A DNA stretch of 64,000 bases, from the NCBI GenBank assembly GCA_038131935.1, contig JAYPQH010000022.1, positions 32,001-96,000 of the forward strand, written 5' to 3'. The notes beneath the pieces are model-generated. The model had not been told where the DNA came from, did no database searches, and saw only the letters and a program-made list of their open reading frames with translations. Each line of letters starts with the position of its first letter. The stretch's first letter is position 1. Made by a program: the position numbers and the translations under genes. Origin of the DNA: Alphaproteobacteria bacterium (GTDB lineage: Bacteria; Pseudomonadota; Alphaproteobacteria; UBA8317). Positions 54,619 through 64,000 of the stretch are shown here, piece after piece.

Positions 54619-55419
54619 TTAATTCAACATATGACGTAGCCGTCGCAAAGCTGCTTGCCCTTGTTGACGGATATTGGGATCATTACTCTGCGCTACCAGA
54701 TCATTAATCTGCAAGATGGCACGAGAAATCTGTCCAGATCGCCCAGCTGCAAGCTCACGTTCAAGTTTCATATCTTGTGCCTCAGGTAATATCATGCACA
54801 TCCGCTCCAACAGCATCATGGCAAAATCATCGTCACCATCTTTAACGGCTCTGTTTTTCATCAGTCTCAACACATGCACAAACACCACACGATCATCAAG
54901 GACAGTGACATCAGACTCATCGACATGTCGATCATCCCCAGTCAAATGCTGGTATAAGACCCTGAGGTCTCCAGGCTCCAAAAGTGTAAACATTTGACCA
55001 GGGTCCATAAGTGCTTCCTCACCATCATGAGACATGTGCAAGAGATGGGCACCAAAAAAATCTACCGCAACAGCGTCAATACCTGCCTGCCGTGCAAAGG
55101 AAAGAGCAAGAAAATTTAAAATGTCAGGATGTGCTGTGCGTGTTTGAAATATATCTTTTAAACGAACAGCTGGGGATGGAGTGACCCTGCGACCTTCAAA
55201 ATTTTGCGCCATGACTTCAGCCATACCCACAAGCAAACCCGCATGATGGCTTTTCAAGTTTAAATCTATGTTTAGATTGTTGATGATCTCGTGAAACCTT
55301 TGCTGATCCTCTAAACGGCGACCTTGGAGTGTATCAAGTAACAGTTGAAAAAGATTAACACCAAGCTCACCTTTTCCAAAGGATTTCAAACGATCTTCAA
55401 TTTGAATAAATTCACTCAC
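54619..55419 (-). CDS. Divergent SirB1-like (transglutaminase-core + TPR) protein
   Basis: FARQAGIDAVAVDFFGAHLL...MDP resembles the SirB1 ARR.G...V.FPGHFL...IDPF pattern; helical TPR-like C-terminus. Confidence 0.6.
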   Translation of the reverse strand: MSEFIQIEDRLKSFGKGELGVNLFQLLLDTLQGRRLEDQQRFHEIINNLNIDLNLKSHHAGLLVGMAEVMAQNFEGRRVTPSPAVRLKDIFQTRTAHPDILNFLALSFARQAGIDAVAVDFFGAHLLHMSHDGEEALMDPGQMFTLLEPGDLRVLYQHLTGDDRHVDESDVTVLDDRVVFVHVLRLMKNRAVKDGDDDFAMMLLERMCMILPEAQDMKLERELAAGRSGQISRAILQINDLVAQSNDPNIRQQGQAALRRLRHMLN

Positions 55420-56018
55420 TTTTTGACTTGTCCCTGAACATCGATAAGATCAATGACTTGTCGTACACCTTGTACCCTTGAAGCAACATCTACAGCTCTT
55501 AGATGTTCACGTTCACTGCCAGCAATCCCTAACAAATATACGCGGCCGTTATACACATTTATGGAGTAATTCAGAACATGAACGTCGCTATCACCAAAAA
55601 ATAAAGTTTCTATGGTTGCCGCAATGGTCTTGTCTATGGTCAGTGTTGCTGAGTCACGTGGCTCTGAGACATATACGTTCACATATCTGCCTTCCAAAGT
55701 TTTTATGTCCACCAAAATATTTTCAAGAATGGTTTGGTCTGCCGGATTAGAAACATGGCCTATAATTAATCCTTTATTGTTGAACACCTCAACAACTACA
55801 CCTTGAAAAATCAATCTATGATTTGTGTAAAGTTTCTCAATGATTTCACCTTTATTTAGCTTATCTTTGGCCAATTGCTGTCCAGGGATATTAATCTCCC
55901 TTAATTCAGGCAAACGTATTTCAGGCATTGAAATATCTGGAAGTTTGAATGCGTATGCGTAATTTGCACCTAAACCTAGCATGAGCATAGAAACTGCTGT
56001 GAACAATCGACCGAACAT
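55416..56018 (-). CDS. Dual BON-domain periplasmic protein
   Basis: Signal peptide and YSINVYNGRVYLLGIA...GVRQV. Confidence 0.8.
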   Translation of the reverse strand: MFGRLFTAVSMLMLGLGANYAYAFKLPDISMPEIRLPELREINIPGQQLAKDKLNKGEIIEKLYTNHRLIFQGVVVEVFNNKGLIIGHVSNPADQTILENILVDIKTLEGRYVNVYVSEPRDSATLTIDKTIAATIETLFFGDSDVHVLNYSINVYNGRVYLLGIAGSEREHLRAVDVASRVQGVRQVIDLIDVQGQVKK

Positions 56019-56075
56019 AATGGAAACTCCTGATTCTAAAACTTAACCAAGTCATATCGAAAAAATATCACGAGA

Positions 56076-56922
56076 TCACTTTTTTTTGATATCCGTAATG
56101 AGAGCATAGATTTCTGAACTGGACCATCGCGATGGCTCTGATAAATGATGTGCAAGTTGTCTAGGCTTATGTGCTGATAGATTGTTAACAATGGCTTCTT
56201 TCAATCTGTCTTCATCCCAACGATCATTGTTTTGATCCAAAGGTCCTATCAATACAACACATTCACCTTTTGCTGGATATAGCTGGTAAAAATCTATAAG
56301 TTCCTGCGCAGTACCCCGCCGTACTTGCTCAAAAGTTTTCGTCAATTCTCGCGCAACCACGATCGTTCTTCCAGGCATTATTTCTCCCACGGAGAGAAGG
56401 AACTCAACCAAACGATGAGGTGCTTCATAAAATATAAGCGTAAATGGAATGGCTTTGGTTGAGCGTAAAAAATTGTTCTCTCGCCATCTTCTTTGGTGGC
56501 GGAAAGCCCAGAAATGCAAATTTATCACTCGGTAAACCAGACAAAACCAACGCGTGAATGGATGCTGTCGCACCAGGAACACCCATTACAGGAAGACCTT
56601 GGTCCACAAGATACCTAACCAGTTTAAAACCAGGATCGGCAATAATAGGGGTGCCTGCGTCAGAGCATAATCCAACAGCTTGGCCTGCGATGATGTGCTC
56701 TGCAATTTTGATGCGCGTGCTCTCACCGGTGTGATCATCATACCGACGCAAAGGTGTCTTGATTTGATAGGCATGAAGAAGTTTTCGCGTCACGCGTGTA
56801 TCTTCGCAATAAAGAACGTCAACTGAACGCATTGTTTCTACAGCACGAAAAGAAATATCAGCCAAATTCCCTATTGGTGTAGCTATGATATGGAGACCTG
56901 CTGTAACCTCGTTTTTACCCAC
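56076..56922 (-). pseudogene. rsmI: 16S rRNA C1402 2'-O-methyltransferase with a +1 frameshift (probable sequence error)
   Basis: ATPIGNL, CEDTR and SDAGTP.IADPG in the N-half; YEAPHR, RELTK and KGE in the C-half. The break is near the run at 56467-56472. Confidence 0.93.
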
Positions 56923-57119
56923 TTTCTCTCTCTCCTATTGCCAACAAGAACATCAGAACTATTCAACCCTGTAGCTTTGAGTAAGCAAAAAATTGACCAA
57001 CGACGATAAAACTTTCACCATGTACTCCCTGCACCATTTTTCTATGCTATATCAAAAAGCCTAGCCATGATGGTAGCTGACATGGCAGAGCCATATGATG
57101 AATGGTCGGAGGACAACAG

Positions 57120-58334
57120 ATGGTGATGAGAAACAGGTTATTACAGACAATAGGTTTTGTGGTAAGTCTAGGTTTTTTGATTTCTTGTTCTCAAGAAACG
57201 CAACCTGTGACGTCGGTTGCTCCTTTACCAGCGCCTGTAGAAAAACCCACGCCTACACCAATCATTCCACCGAAACCACTTTCACCATTGGGGCAAAAAA
57301 TCGCCCTGCTTTTGCCTGTTGGTGCTGAGGCACCAGCCTTGCGTGCACGGGGTATTGAACTTGAACAGGCAGCTAGACTTGCTGCAACATTGTTAAATCT
57401 TGATGAACTCTCCATCACCACCTACGATACCAAAGGTGATGTGAGCACAACCAAAGCGGCCATAACGAAAGCGCTTGATGACAACAATGATGTCGTCATT
57501 GGTCCATTGTTGCGCGAGAATGTAAAAAGTGCTGCGCCCTTTACCAAAAAAGCTCGAATTCCAATGATCGCTTTAACAACTGACTCAGATATTGCTGAGC
57601 CTGGTGTCTATATTTTTGGAAGAACAATTCACAATGATCTGAAGGAATTGTTTACGTATCTTGCCAAACAAAGACTTACCCGAATTGCTATACTTGCACC
57701 TGACAATGATTACGGCCTGATGGCGTTTCGTGAAGCCCAAAACCTAGCGCCATCTATGGGATTAGAGGTGATAAGATCAGCAGCGGTAACAGGAGATTCA
57801 AATCAGGTTTTGGAGCAGCTGAAAGCTTTCACAGATGGACTGCCTAGGGAGAGTTTTGGACCCGTGCCGGACTTTGATGTGCTCATCATACCGGCAGGTG
57901 TATTTACAATTCAAACTGTCCTACCTGGTTTAATCTATGCAGAATTTCCACTTAAAAATGTTACCCTTGCCGGTTTAGGACTTTGGGATGACCCCGACGC
58001 TTTGTCTGATCAATTGATGCAAGGTGGCATATTTCCCGATGCCGATCCCAGAGCACGGGAAGCCTTCAGACGCAGCTATCTAGAAAAATTTGGTTCGGAA
58101 CCAAGTCGGATTGCTGATCTTGCATTTGACACAACGGCTTTGGTCGGCACACTTGTAAGGCTGGCTCTAGAAAACCCCACCACATCTTATGAACTTGAAA
58201 ATGAAGCTGGATACCAAGGCATTAGTGGTCTTTTTAGGTTTGAGCCTGATGGCACAGTTCAGCGCAAACTTTCTATCAGACGGATCAAAAATGGTCGATT
58301 TGAAATCATTCAACCCGCACAAACAAATTTTTAA
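57120..58334 (+). CDS. LpoA/LppC-family penicillin-binding protein activator lipoprotein
   Basis: Lipobox LISC, KIALLLP, YDTKG, IGPL and G.SGLFRF..DG.VQR; divergent from rsmI. Confidence 0.85.
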   Translation: MVMRNRLLQTIGFVVSLGFLISCSQETQPVTSVAPLPAPVEKPTPTPIIPPKPLSPLGQKIALLLPVGAEAPALRARGIELEQAARLAATLLNLDELSITTYDTKGDVSTTKAAITKALDDNNDVVIGPLLRENVKSAAPFTKKARIPMIALTTDSDIAEPGVYIFGRTIHNDLKELFTYLAKQRLTRIAILAPDNDYGLMAFREAQNLAPSMGLEVIRSAAVTGDSNQVLEQLKAFTDGLPRESFGPVPDFDVLIIPAGVFTIQTVLPGLIYAEFPLKNVTLAGLGLWDDPDALSDQLMQGGIFPDADPRAREAFRRSYLEKFGSEPSRIADLAFDTTALVGTLVRLALENPTTSYELENEAGYQGISGLFRFEPDGTVQRKLSIRRIKNGRFEIIQPAQTNF

Positions 58335-58337
58335 AGC

Positions 58338-59498
58338 TTATTTACCATCAGGATTGCATCCCGACCTATGATAAAAGCAACTATCAATTTCAGGCAAAAG
58401 GTACTCCAGGACCATTCGGCCTTGATCAGATAACACCAATTTCTCCTCGGTAAATTGTGCAAGGCATGAAGGGGGAACTTTCTCTTCAAGAGCATGTGGA
58501 TTGATAATCCAACCCAAGTCGCGCAAAGGGGATAAACTGAGCCCCTCATGCAATCTTAAGCCCATCAAAAGTCGTTCTGTTCGTTCATCCTCTGGCGATA
58601 ATGGCTCTAGAAGGGTCTGCGCTCTCATCAACCAGTCACGCGGAGAAAGCGGAAGACTTGTTTGAAAAACCTTACCCTCCATTCTTGGCCTACCATGTGC
58701 ACCAGGCCCAACTCCTATGTAAGGTAGGTAGCGCCAATATGTCATATTATGCCGGCTTTCTTCACCAAGCTTTGCAAAATTACTTATTTCATAATGATAC
58801 ATACCCTTGTTTTGACATGACAAAATTGTTTGCTCAAACATGTCAGCACCCAGTTCTTGATCAGGTAAATCAAGTTTATTTTGCTCAAATAACCGCTGAT
58901 AAACTGTACCGGATTCAATGGTTAGCTGATATAATGACAAATGCTCCAATCCAAAATCTAAAACTTCAGAAAGTTCCTCTTCCCAGTCTGCAAATGACTG
59001 CCTGTGGCGCGCATAAATAAGATCTACACTAACACGCTCCACCGTTTCACGTGCAATACGCATAGCCTCACGACCTTCGTCAGCAGTATGCATGCGGCCC
59101 AATTTTTGCAATGCATCATCACGTAATGATTGAATACCGATGGAAAATCTATTTACCCCAGCATGGGCAAAATCTTTCATACGTTGATTTTCTACAGATG
59201 ATGGATTGGCTTCTAAAGTTATTTCAACCTGCGGAAGAATAGGCCAAAGTTGATGAACATGGTCCAAGATTTTTGCCACAGAGGATGGGTTCATGAGTGA
59301 TGGGGTACCACCACCAAAAAAAATCGAATGAAGAGGATAACGGTCAAACCGATCATAGGCTTCTTCAAGGTCACGAAAAATGCGTTTGACGAATTCTTCC
59401 TCATCGACTTCACGTTGAACATGTGAATTGAAATCACAGTAAGGGCATTTACTGGCACAATAAGGCCAATGAACATAAAGTGCCTGGGATAAACTCAA
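58338..59498 (-). CDS. hemW: Radical SAM heme chaperone
   Basis: YVHWPYCASKCPYCDFN, FFGGGTPS, YEISNF and HN..YW. Confidence 0.95.
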   Translation of the reverse strand: MSLSQALYVHWPYCASKCPYCDFNSHVQREVDEEEFVKRIFRDLEEAYDRFDRYPLHSIFFGGGTPSLMNPSSVAKILDHVHQLWPILPQVEITLEANPSSVENQRMKDFAHAGVNRFSIGIQSLRDDALQKLGRMHTADEGREAMRIARETVERVSVDLIYARHRQSFADWEEELSEVLDFGLEHLSLYQLTIESGTVYQRLFEQNKLDLPDQELGADMFEQTILSCQNKGMYHYEISNFAKLGEESRHNMTYWRYLPYIGVGPGAHGRPRMEGKVFQTSLPLSPRDWLMRAQTLLEPLSPEDERTERLLMGLRLHEGLSLSPLRDLGWIINPHALEEKVPPSCLAQFTEEKLVLSDQGRMVLEYLLPEIDSCFYHRSGCNPDGK

Positions 59499-60094
59499 GA
59501 ACCAATCTCCGTGAGAATACCATCCTCCAAGAGTTTGTGAAATGCAATTGCCCTGTGTGAAACGGCGTGCTTTTCCTCTGGCATTATCTCCGCATAGGTT
59601 TGCGTCATGCCATGCGCACAGAACATTGGGTCATATCCAAAACCATGACCACCTCGGGGCGGCCAAACGGTATGTCCATGGACTTGACCCAAAAATGTTG
59701 CGGTTTTCAAACCTGGTCGTGCCACAGCCAGGGCACAAACAAACTGAGCTTGAGACGTCTCCAAGCCCTTGGCTTGAAGACATTCCTGAACCTTTTTCAT
59801 CGCAACCGAAAAATCTTTTTCTGGTCCTGCCCAGCGGGCAGAGTAAATACCTGGATCACCATCAAGCGCATCCACACAAAAACCACTGTCATCAGCCAAT
59901 GCAGGCAAATTTGATGCCTGACATGCTGCTTCAGCTTTCAAAATGGCGTTACCAGCAAAATCTGGCGCGGTCTCCTCTGGTTCAGGCAACCCAAGTTCTC
60001 CTGCAGAAATTACTTCTAAACCAAACGGTTGCAGCAAAGCAGAAATTTCTCGTACTTTTCCAGCATTATGCGTGGCAAGAACTATTCTGTTCAT
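59495..60094 (-). CDS. rdgB: Non-canonical purine NTP pyrophosphatase
   Basis: [26 protein letters not shown] and SHR. Confidence 0.97.
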   Translation of the reverse strand: MNRIVLATHNAGKVREISALLQPFGLEVISAGELGLPEPEETAPDFAGNAILKAEAACQASNLPALADDSGFCVDALDGDPGIYSARWAGPEKDFSVAMKKVQECLQAKGLETSQAQFVCALAVARPGLKTATFLGQVHGHTVWPPRGGHGFGYDPMFCAHGMTQTYAEIMPEEKHAVSHRAIAFHKLLEDGILTEIGS

Positions 60095-60822
60095 CTCTGC
60101 ACAGTCGCAATGGCATGTTTTTGAAGAGAAACCAATTCAGAAATCCCTTTCTGAGCAAGCTGCATCAATTGTTCGAAATGATCATGAGGAAAGGCTCGGT
60201 CCTCAGCAGTGGCTTGGATCTCCACAATGGAACCTTTCTCCGTGAATACAAAATTAGCATCTGCCATGGCTTGAGAGTCTTCAGCATAATCCAAATCTAA
60301 CACCGCTTGGTGTTGAAAAATACCACAAGATACCGCAGCAACTGGGTCAATAATAGGTGCGGCTATCAATTTGTCTTGGGCAACCAGCCAATCCAACGCA
60401 CAAGCTAATGCCACAAACCCTCCAGTAATGGATGCTGTGCGGGTGCCGCCATCTGCTTGAATAACATCGCAATCAATCGTGATCTGCCGCTCACCCATCG
60501 CACCTAGATCAACCGATGCACGTAAAGCCCGTCCAATAAGCCGCTGAATTTCAACTGTTCGCCCACCTTGTTTACCACTAGCTGCCTCCCGACGGGTGCG
60601 CTGCGCTGTTGCCCTTGGAAGCATACCATATTCTGCTGTCACCCAACCACGTGATGTATTTTTTAGAAAAGGTGGTACCCGCTCTTCTACAGATGCAGTA
60701 CATAAAACATGCGTATTTCCCATTTTGATCAAACAGGAGCCCTCAGCCTGTGGTGCATATCCTGCTATCATTTCAACATGACGCAATTGATCAAATTCTC
60801 GACCTGATGGACGTTTGCTCAT
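60091..60822 (-). CDS. rph: Ribonuclease PH
   Basis: [19 protein letters not shown] and [12 protein letters not shown]. Confidence 0.98.
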   Translation of the reverse strand: MSKRPSGREFDQLRHVEMIAGYAPQAEGSCLIKMGNTHVLCTASVEERVPPFLKNTSRGWVTAEYGMLPRATAQRTRREAASGKQGGRTVEIQRLIGRALRASVDLGAMGERQITIDCDVIQADGGTRTASITGGFVALACALDWLVAQDKLIAAPIIDPVAAVSCGIFQHQAVLDLDYAEDSQAMADANFVFTEKGSIVEIQATAEDRAFPHDHFEQLMQLAQKGISELVSLQKHAIATVQR

Positions 60823-61026
60823 ACAAAAACCCTTCCCTATTTATTATCTAAGTATCTTTCAGACATCTCTAACTAGGCCCTATCTGAAGGTATAGCACTT
60901 GCCAATGCCATTCTCTTATTGATCAAGAAAAAGCTACCATACATCGTATTTTCCCATTGATAATTGAATTTATCATTCGATAATGAGAAGACATAATCAT
61001 AAGTGCTTTCGACTTAGGTAACCAAG

Positions 61027-62085
61027 ATGTATAACGGCAAGATTTCATCAATCAAAGATCTTCAAGAGCGACCTAGGGCTATCTTTCAAAGCATTGTGGA
61101 AAGTTATTTAAACACCGGGTCACCCATAGGTTCACGTACCATTGCCAAACAAATAGAGACCCTCTCTCCTGCGTCTATCAGGAATGTGATGGCTGACCTT
61201 GAAGATCAAGGTTTGTTATTTGCTAGGCATGGCTCTGCTGGCCGCGAACCTACACAATTAGGACTGAGGTTATTTGTGGATTCCTTGTTGCAAATGGGAG
61301 ACCTCACAGGTGATGAACGTGCTGCAATTGAAGGTAAGCTGGATCAACACGGCCAATCATTTGATGGTGTTTTTGACGATGCCGCCAGGATGTTATCAGG
61401 ACTTTGTTCTTGTGCTTCTTTGGTATTTGCACCAAAACAAGATGTTGAACTCAAACATATTGAGTTTGTGCCACTTACAGGTCAGCAAGCATTGGTCATA
61501 CTCGTAGATAGTTTGGGGCGCGTAGAAAATAGAATTTTCCAACTGCCACAAGGCATGCCACCTTCTGCATTAATACAAGCTGGTAACTTCCTTAATAGCA
61601 GATTACGAAATAGAACACTGACTGATTTACGCCGGGATATTTCTGTTGAAATAGCCACAGCACGTCAAGAACTTGATGAGCTATCTGCGCATGTGGTGCG
61701 TGATGGATTGGGAACTTGGATCAAAGATGAAAATGAAGGAACATTGGTTGTTCATGGTCGCGCCCACTTGTTAGAATATGCAGGCAATGCTGATGATTTA
61801 GAAAAGCTCTCTTTGCTCCTTGAAGATTTGGAACGAAAAACCGACATGCTTGAATCATTGGACCTCGCAAGCCATGCAGATGGTGTGAGAGTTTTCATAG
61901 GATCTGAAAATAAGTTGTTCTCGTTATCAGGCTCAAGCTTGGTGGTGGCACCTTACCAGGATACCAAGCGTAAGGTGATTGGAGCCATTGGAGTTATAGG
62001 CCCTACGAGACTGAATTACGCAAGGATTGTTCCTATGGTTGACTACACGGCGCGGATGATGTCGAGGCTCCTAGAGCAGAGATAA
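61027..62085 (+). CDS. hrcA: Heat-inducible transcription repressor
   Basis: PIGSRT, SPASIRNVMADLE, SAGR.PT and GVIGPTRLNY. Confidence 0.97.
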   Translation: MYNGKISSIKDLQERPRAIFQSIVESYLNTGSPIGSRTIAKQIETLSPASIRNVMADLEDQGLLFARHGSAGREPTQLGLRLFVDSLLQMGDLTGDERAAIEGKLDQHGQSFDGVFDDAARMLSGLCSCASLVFAPKQDVELKHIEFVPLTGQQALVILVDSLGRVENRIFQLPQGMPPSALIQAGNFLNSRLRNRTLTDLRRDISVEIATARQELDELSAHVVRDGLGTWIKDENEGTLVVHGRAHLLEYAGNADDLEKLSLLLEDLERKTDMLESLDLASHADGVRVFIGSENKLFSLSGSSLVVAPYQDTKRKVIGAIGVIGPTRLNYARIVPMVDYTARMMSRLLEQR

Positions 62086-62113
62086 TGACAGATGGGCAAA
62101 GGACTATAAAAAC

Positions 62114-62704
62114 ATGATCGAAGAAACAGACAAACAACCAAAGGATGAAAAAGAAGGCTTAAACCCACTGGAAACAGATGATGAAGCATTTGAAGAAATC
62201 CAGTTGGTTGATAAAAGTGCAGAGCTTGAAGCTGAGATAGCTGAGCTGAAAGATAAGTTATTGCGTGCCATGGCAGAAACAGAAAATACCCGTAGGAGGG
62301 CGGAACGCGATAAGTTGGAAGCTAGCAAATATGGCGGGGTAAAATTAGCCCGTGACATGGTTTCTATTGCTGATAACCTCGAACGAGCGCTGGGCTATGT
62401 TGGGGATGACTTGCGTGCGTCCGCTGCGGATTTCGTTGCCGGTCTTGAGGCAACACTGCGTGAGACGCAAGCAGTTTTTCAGCGTCATCAAATACAGCAA
62501 GTTGGCACCGTAGGTGAAAAATTTGATCCAAAACTACACCAAGCTATGGTGGAAATACCCACCTCTGAATTTGAGATTGGACAGATTGTCCAAGTGATGC
62601 AGGTTGGATACGTCATGGAGGAAAGACTTCTTAGACCTGCGATGGTAGGCGTAGCAAAACAGCCACCAGCAGATGTTGATGAGGCATCATCTCAAACTGC
62701 ATAA
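62114..62704 (+). CDS. grpE: Nucleotide exchange factor GrpE
   Basis: RAMAETENTRRR, FDPKLHQAM and GY....RLLRPAMV. Confidence 0.97.
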   Translation: MIEETDKQPKDEKEGLNPLETDDEAFEEIQLVDKSAELEAEIAELKDKLLRAMAETENTRRRAERDKLEASKYGGVKLARDMVSIADNLERALGYVGDDLRASAADFVAGLEATLRETQAVFQRHQIQQVGTVGEKFDPKLHQAMVEIPTSEFEIGQIVQVMQVGYVMEERLLRPAMVGVAKQPPADVDEASSQTA

Positions 62705-62714
62705 TATCACAGGC

Positions 62715-62743
62715 CTTGCATGTGATCACTTGCATGCCCATAT
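62715..62743 (+). promoter_or_regulatory. Putative RpoH (sigma32) promoter of dnaK
   Basis: CTTGCA-N16-CCCATAT. Confidence 0.65.
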
Positions 62744-62845
62744 GGCCTATAAATCCCAAAATTAGGGACAAGTGTTGGCTGCGGCCCATGAAATGGGCGC
62801 TGGAATTGCCTCTCTTGTTGCCATTGTAGATTAAGGAGAAAAGTT

Positions 62846-64000
62846 ATGGGAAAAGTTATTGGAATAGATCTTGGTACCACAAATTCATGTCTTGCTGTTA
62901 TGGAAGGCTCAAACCCAAAGGTTGTTGAAAATGCTGAAGGTAACCGCACAACCCCATCTATTGTTGCCTATACCCAAGACGATGAATTGCTCATTGGTCA
63001 GCCTGCCAAACGGCAAGCTATCACGAACCCAGAAAATACATTCTATGCTGTCAAAAGACTTATCGGCCGTCGTTTTCAAGATGCTGAAGTCAAGAAAGAT
63101 ATGTCCTTGGTTTCATACCAGATTGTTGAAGCTGACAATGGCGATGCATGGGTGGAATCACGGGGCAAGAAAATGGCCCCCGCACAGATATCAGCTGAGG
63201 TCTTAAGGAAATTGAAAGAGACAGCTGAGGCCCATTTAGGCGATACAGTAGATAAGGCAGTTATCACCGTACCTGCTTATTTTAATGACGCCCAACGTCA
63301 AGCAACAAAAGATGCTGGACGCATTGCAGGTCTTGAAGTGCTTAGGATTATCAACGAACCTACTGCAGCTGCATTGGCATACGGTTTGGACAAAAAAGAT
63401 GGAAAAACAATCGCTGTTTATGACCTTGGCGGTGGTACATTCGATGTTTCCATTTTAGAGATTGGTGACGGTGTATTTGAGGTGAAGTCTACCAATGGTG
63501 ATACCTTCCTTGGTGGTGAAGACTTCGACATGCGCATTGTAGACTATCTTGCTGACGAATTTCGTAAAGAAAACAGCATAGACCTAAGACAGGATAAGCT
63601 TGCGCTACAAAGACTGAAAGAAGCTGCGGAAAAGGCTAAAATCGAGCTATCATCTGCCACACAGACAGAAGTGAACCTCCCGTTCATCACAGCCGATCAG
63701 ACAGGACCTAAGCATCTCGCGCTCAAACTATCCCGCGCAAAGTTGGAGAATCTAGTCGAAGACCTTGTGAAACGTACAGTAGATCCATGTAAAGCAGCTT
63801 TGAAAGATGCTGGTTTGTCTGCTGGTGAAGTCGACGAGGTTGTTCTGGTTGGTGGCATGACAAGAATGCCAAAAGTCATTGAAACCGTAAAAGAGTTTTT
63901 TGGACGTGAGCCTCATAAAGGGGTAAATCCAGACGAAGTTGTTGCCATTGGCGCGGCAATTCAAGCTGGTGTGCTTCAAGGCGACGTTAAAGACGTTCTT
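62846..64000 (+). CDS. dnaK: Chaperone DnaK, 3'-truncated by the window edge (absent from the ORF track)
   Basis: AAGGAG then [26 protein letters not shown] and DLGGGTFD; stays in frame to [11 protein letters not shown]. Confidence 0.99.
   Translation, partial: MGKVIGIDLGTTNSCLAVMEGSNPKVVENAEGNRTTPSIVAYTQDDELLIGQPAKRQAITNPENTFYAVKRLIGRRFQDAEVKKDMSLVSYQIVEADNGDAWVESRGKKMAPAQISAEVLRKLKETAEAHLGDTVDKAVITVPAYFNDAQRQATKDAGRIAGLEVLRIINEPTAAALAYGLDKKDGKTIAVYDLGGGTFDVSILEIGDGVFEVKSTNGDTFLGGEDFDMRIVDYLADEFRKENSIDLRQDKLALQRLKEAAEKAKIELSSATQTEVNLPFITADQTGPKHLALKLSRAKLENLVEDLVKRTVDPCKAALKDAGLSAGEVDEVVLVGGMTRMPKVIETVKEFFGREPHKGVNPDEVVAIGAAIQAGVLQGDVKDVL

Noticed and set aside
42431-56472. Programmed frameshifting or phase variation at the broken genes
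   Set aside because: The runs are only 3-6 nt, the shifts go in both directions, I see no canonical slippery heptamer with a stimulator, and the genes are housekeeping.
59542-60300. 252 aa + strand ORF
   Set aside because: Antisense shadow of rdgB and rph with no recognisable motifs.
60892-61008. Possible CIRCE element near hrcA (TAGCACTT ... AAGTGCTT)
   Set aside because: The half-sites are about 100 nt apart rather than 9, so this is not TTAGCACTC-N9-GAGTGCTAA.
1-64000. CRISPR arrays, tRNA/rRNA, IS elements, prophage or defence genes
   Set aside because: None seen by eye; nearly all sequence is accounted for by core genes. tRNAscan-SE and cmscan runs would be needed to exclude small RNAs.

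Overview
This 64 kb window is core chromosome from a compact, mid-to-low GC alphaproteobacterium; the lineage is inferred from gene content and order. I found no rRNA, tRNA, CRISPR, IS or prophage. In order it holds an acyl-CoA synthetase (5' end off-window), a form II-like coxSLM molybdo-flavoprotein, a MaoC-type hydratase, an L,D-transpeptidase, an AbrB membrane protein, rpe, an old yellow enzyme, ubiE-ubiB-coaBC-dut-Rrf2-cysK-moeB, irr with rubrerythrin/Fe-S oxidoreductase/DUF3501, fabA-fabB-fabI, rimP-nusA-ylxR-infB-rbfA-truB-rpsO-pnp, the mutS-glnD-murJ-trpS...olsA-miaB-phoH-ybeY-corC-lnt-trmB run, malic enzyme, olsB, gshB, rsmI, LpoA, rph-rdgB-hemW and hrcA-grpE-dnaK (3' end off-window). 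Five genes between 39.5 and 56.5 kb (mucR, trpS, mutS, gshB, rsmI) are broken by single-base indels in short homopolymers, most likely assembly errors. The strongest leads are regulatory: a Rrf2 protein ending in the CysK-binding tail SDYII directly upstream of cysK, a perfect Irr ICE box between irr and the rubrerythrin operon, and an unannotated ~72 nt stem-loop upstream of the malic enzyme. I see no clear evidence of a wholly new multi-gene system.
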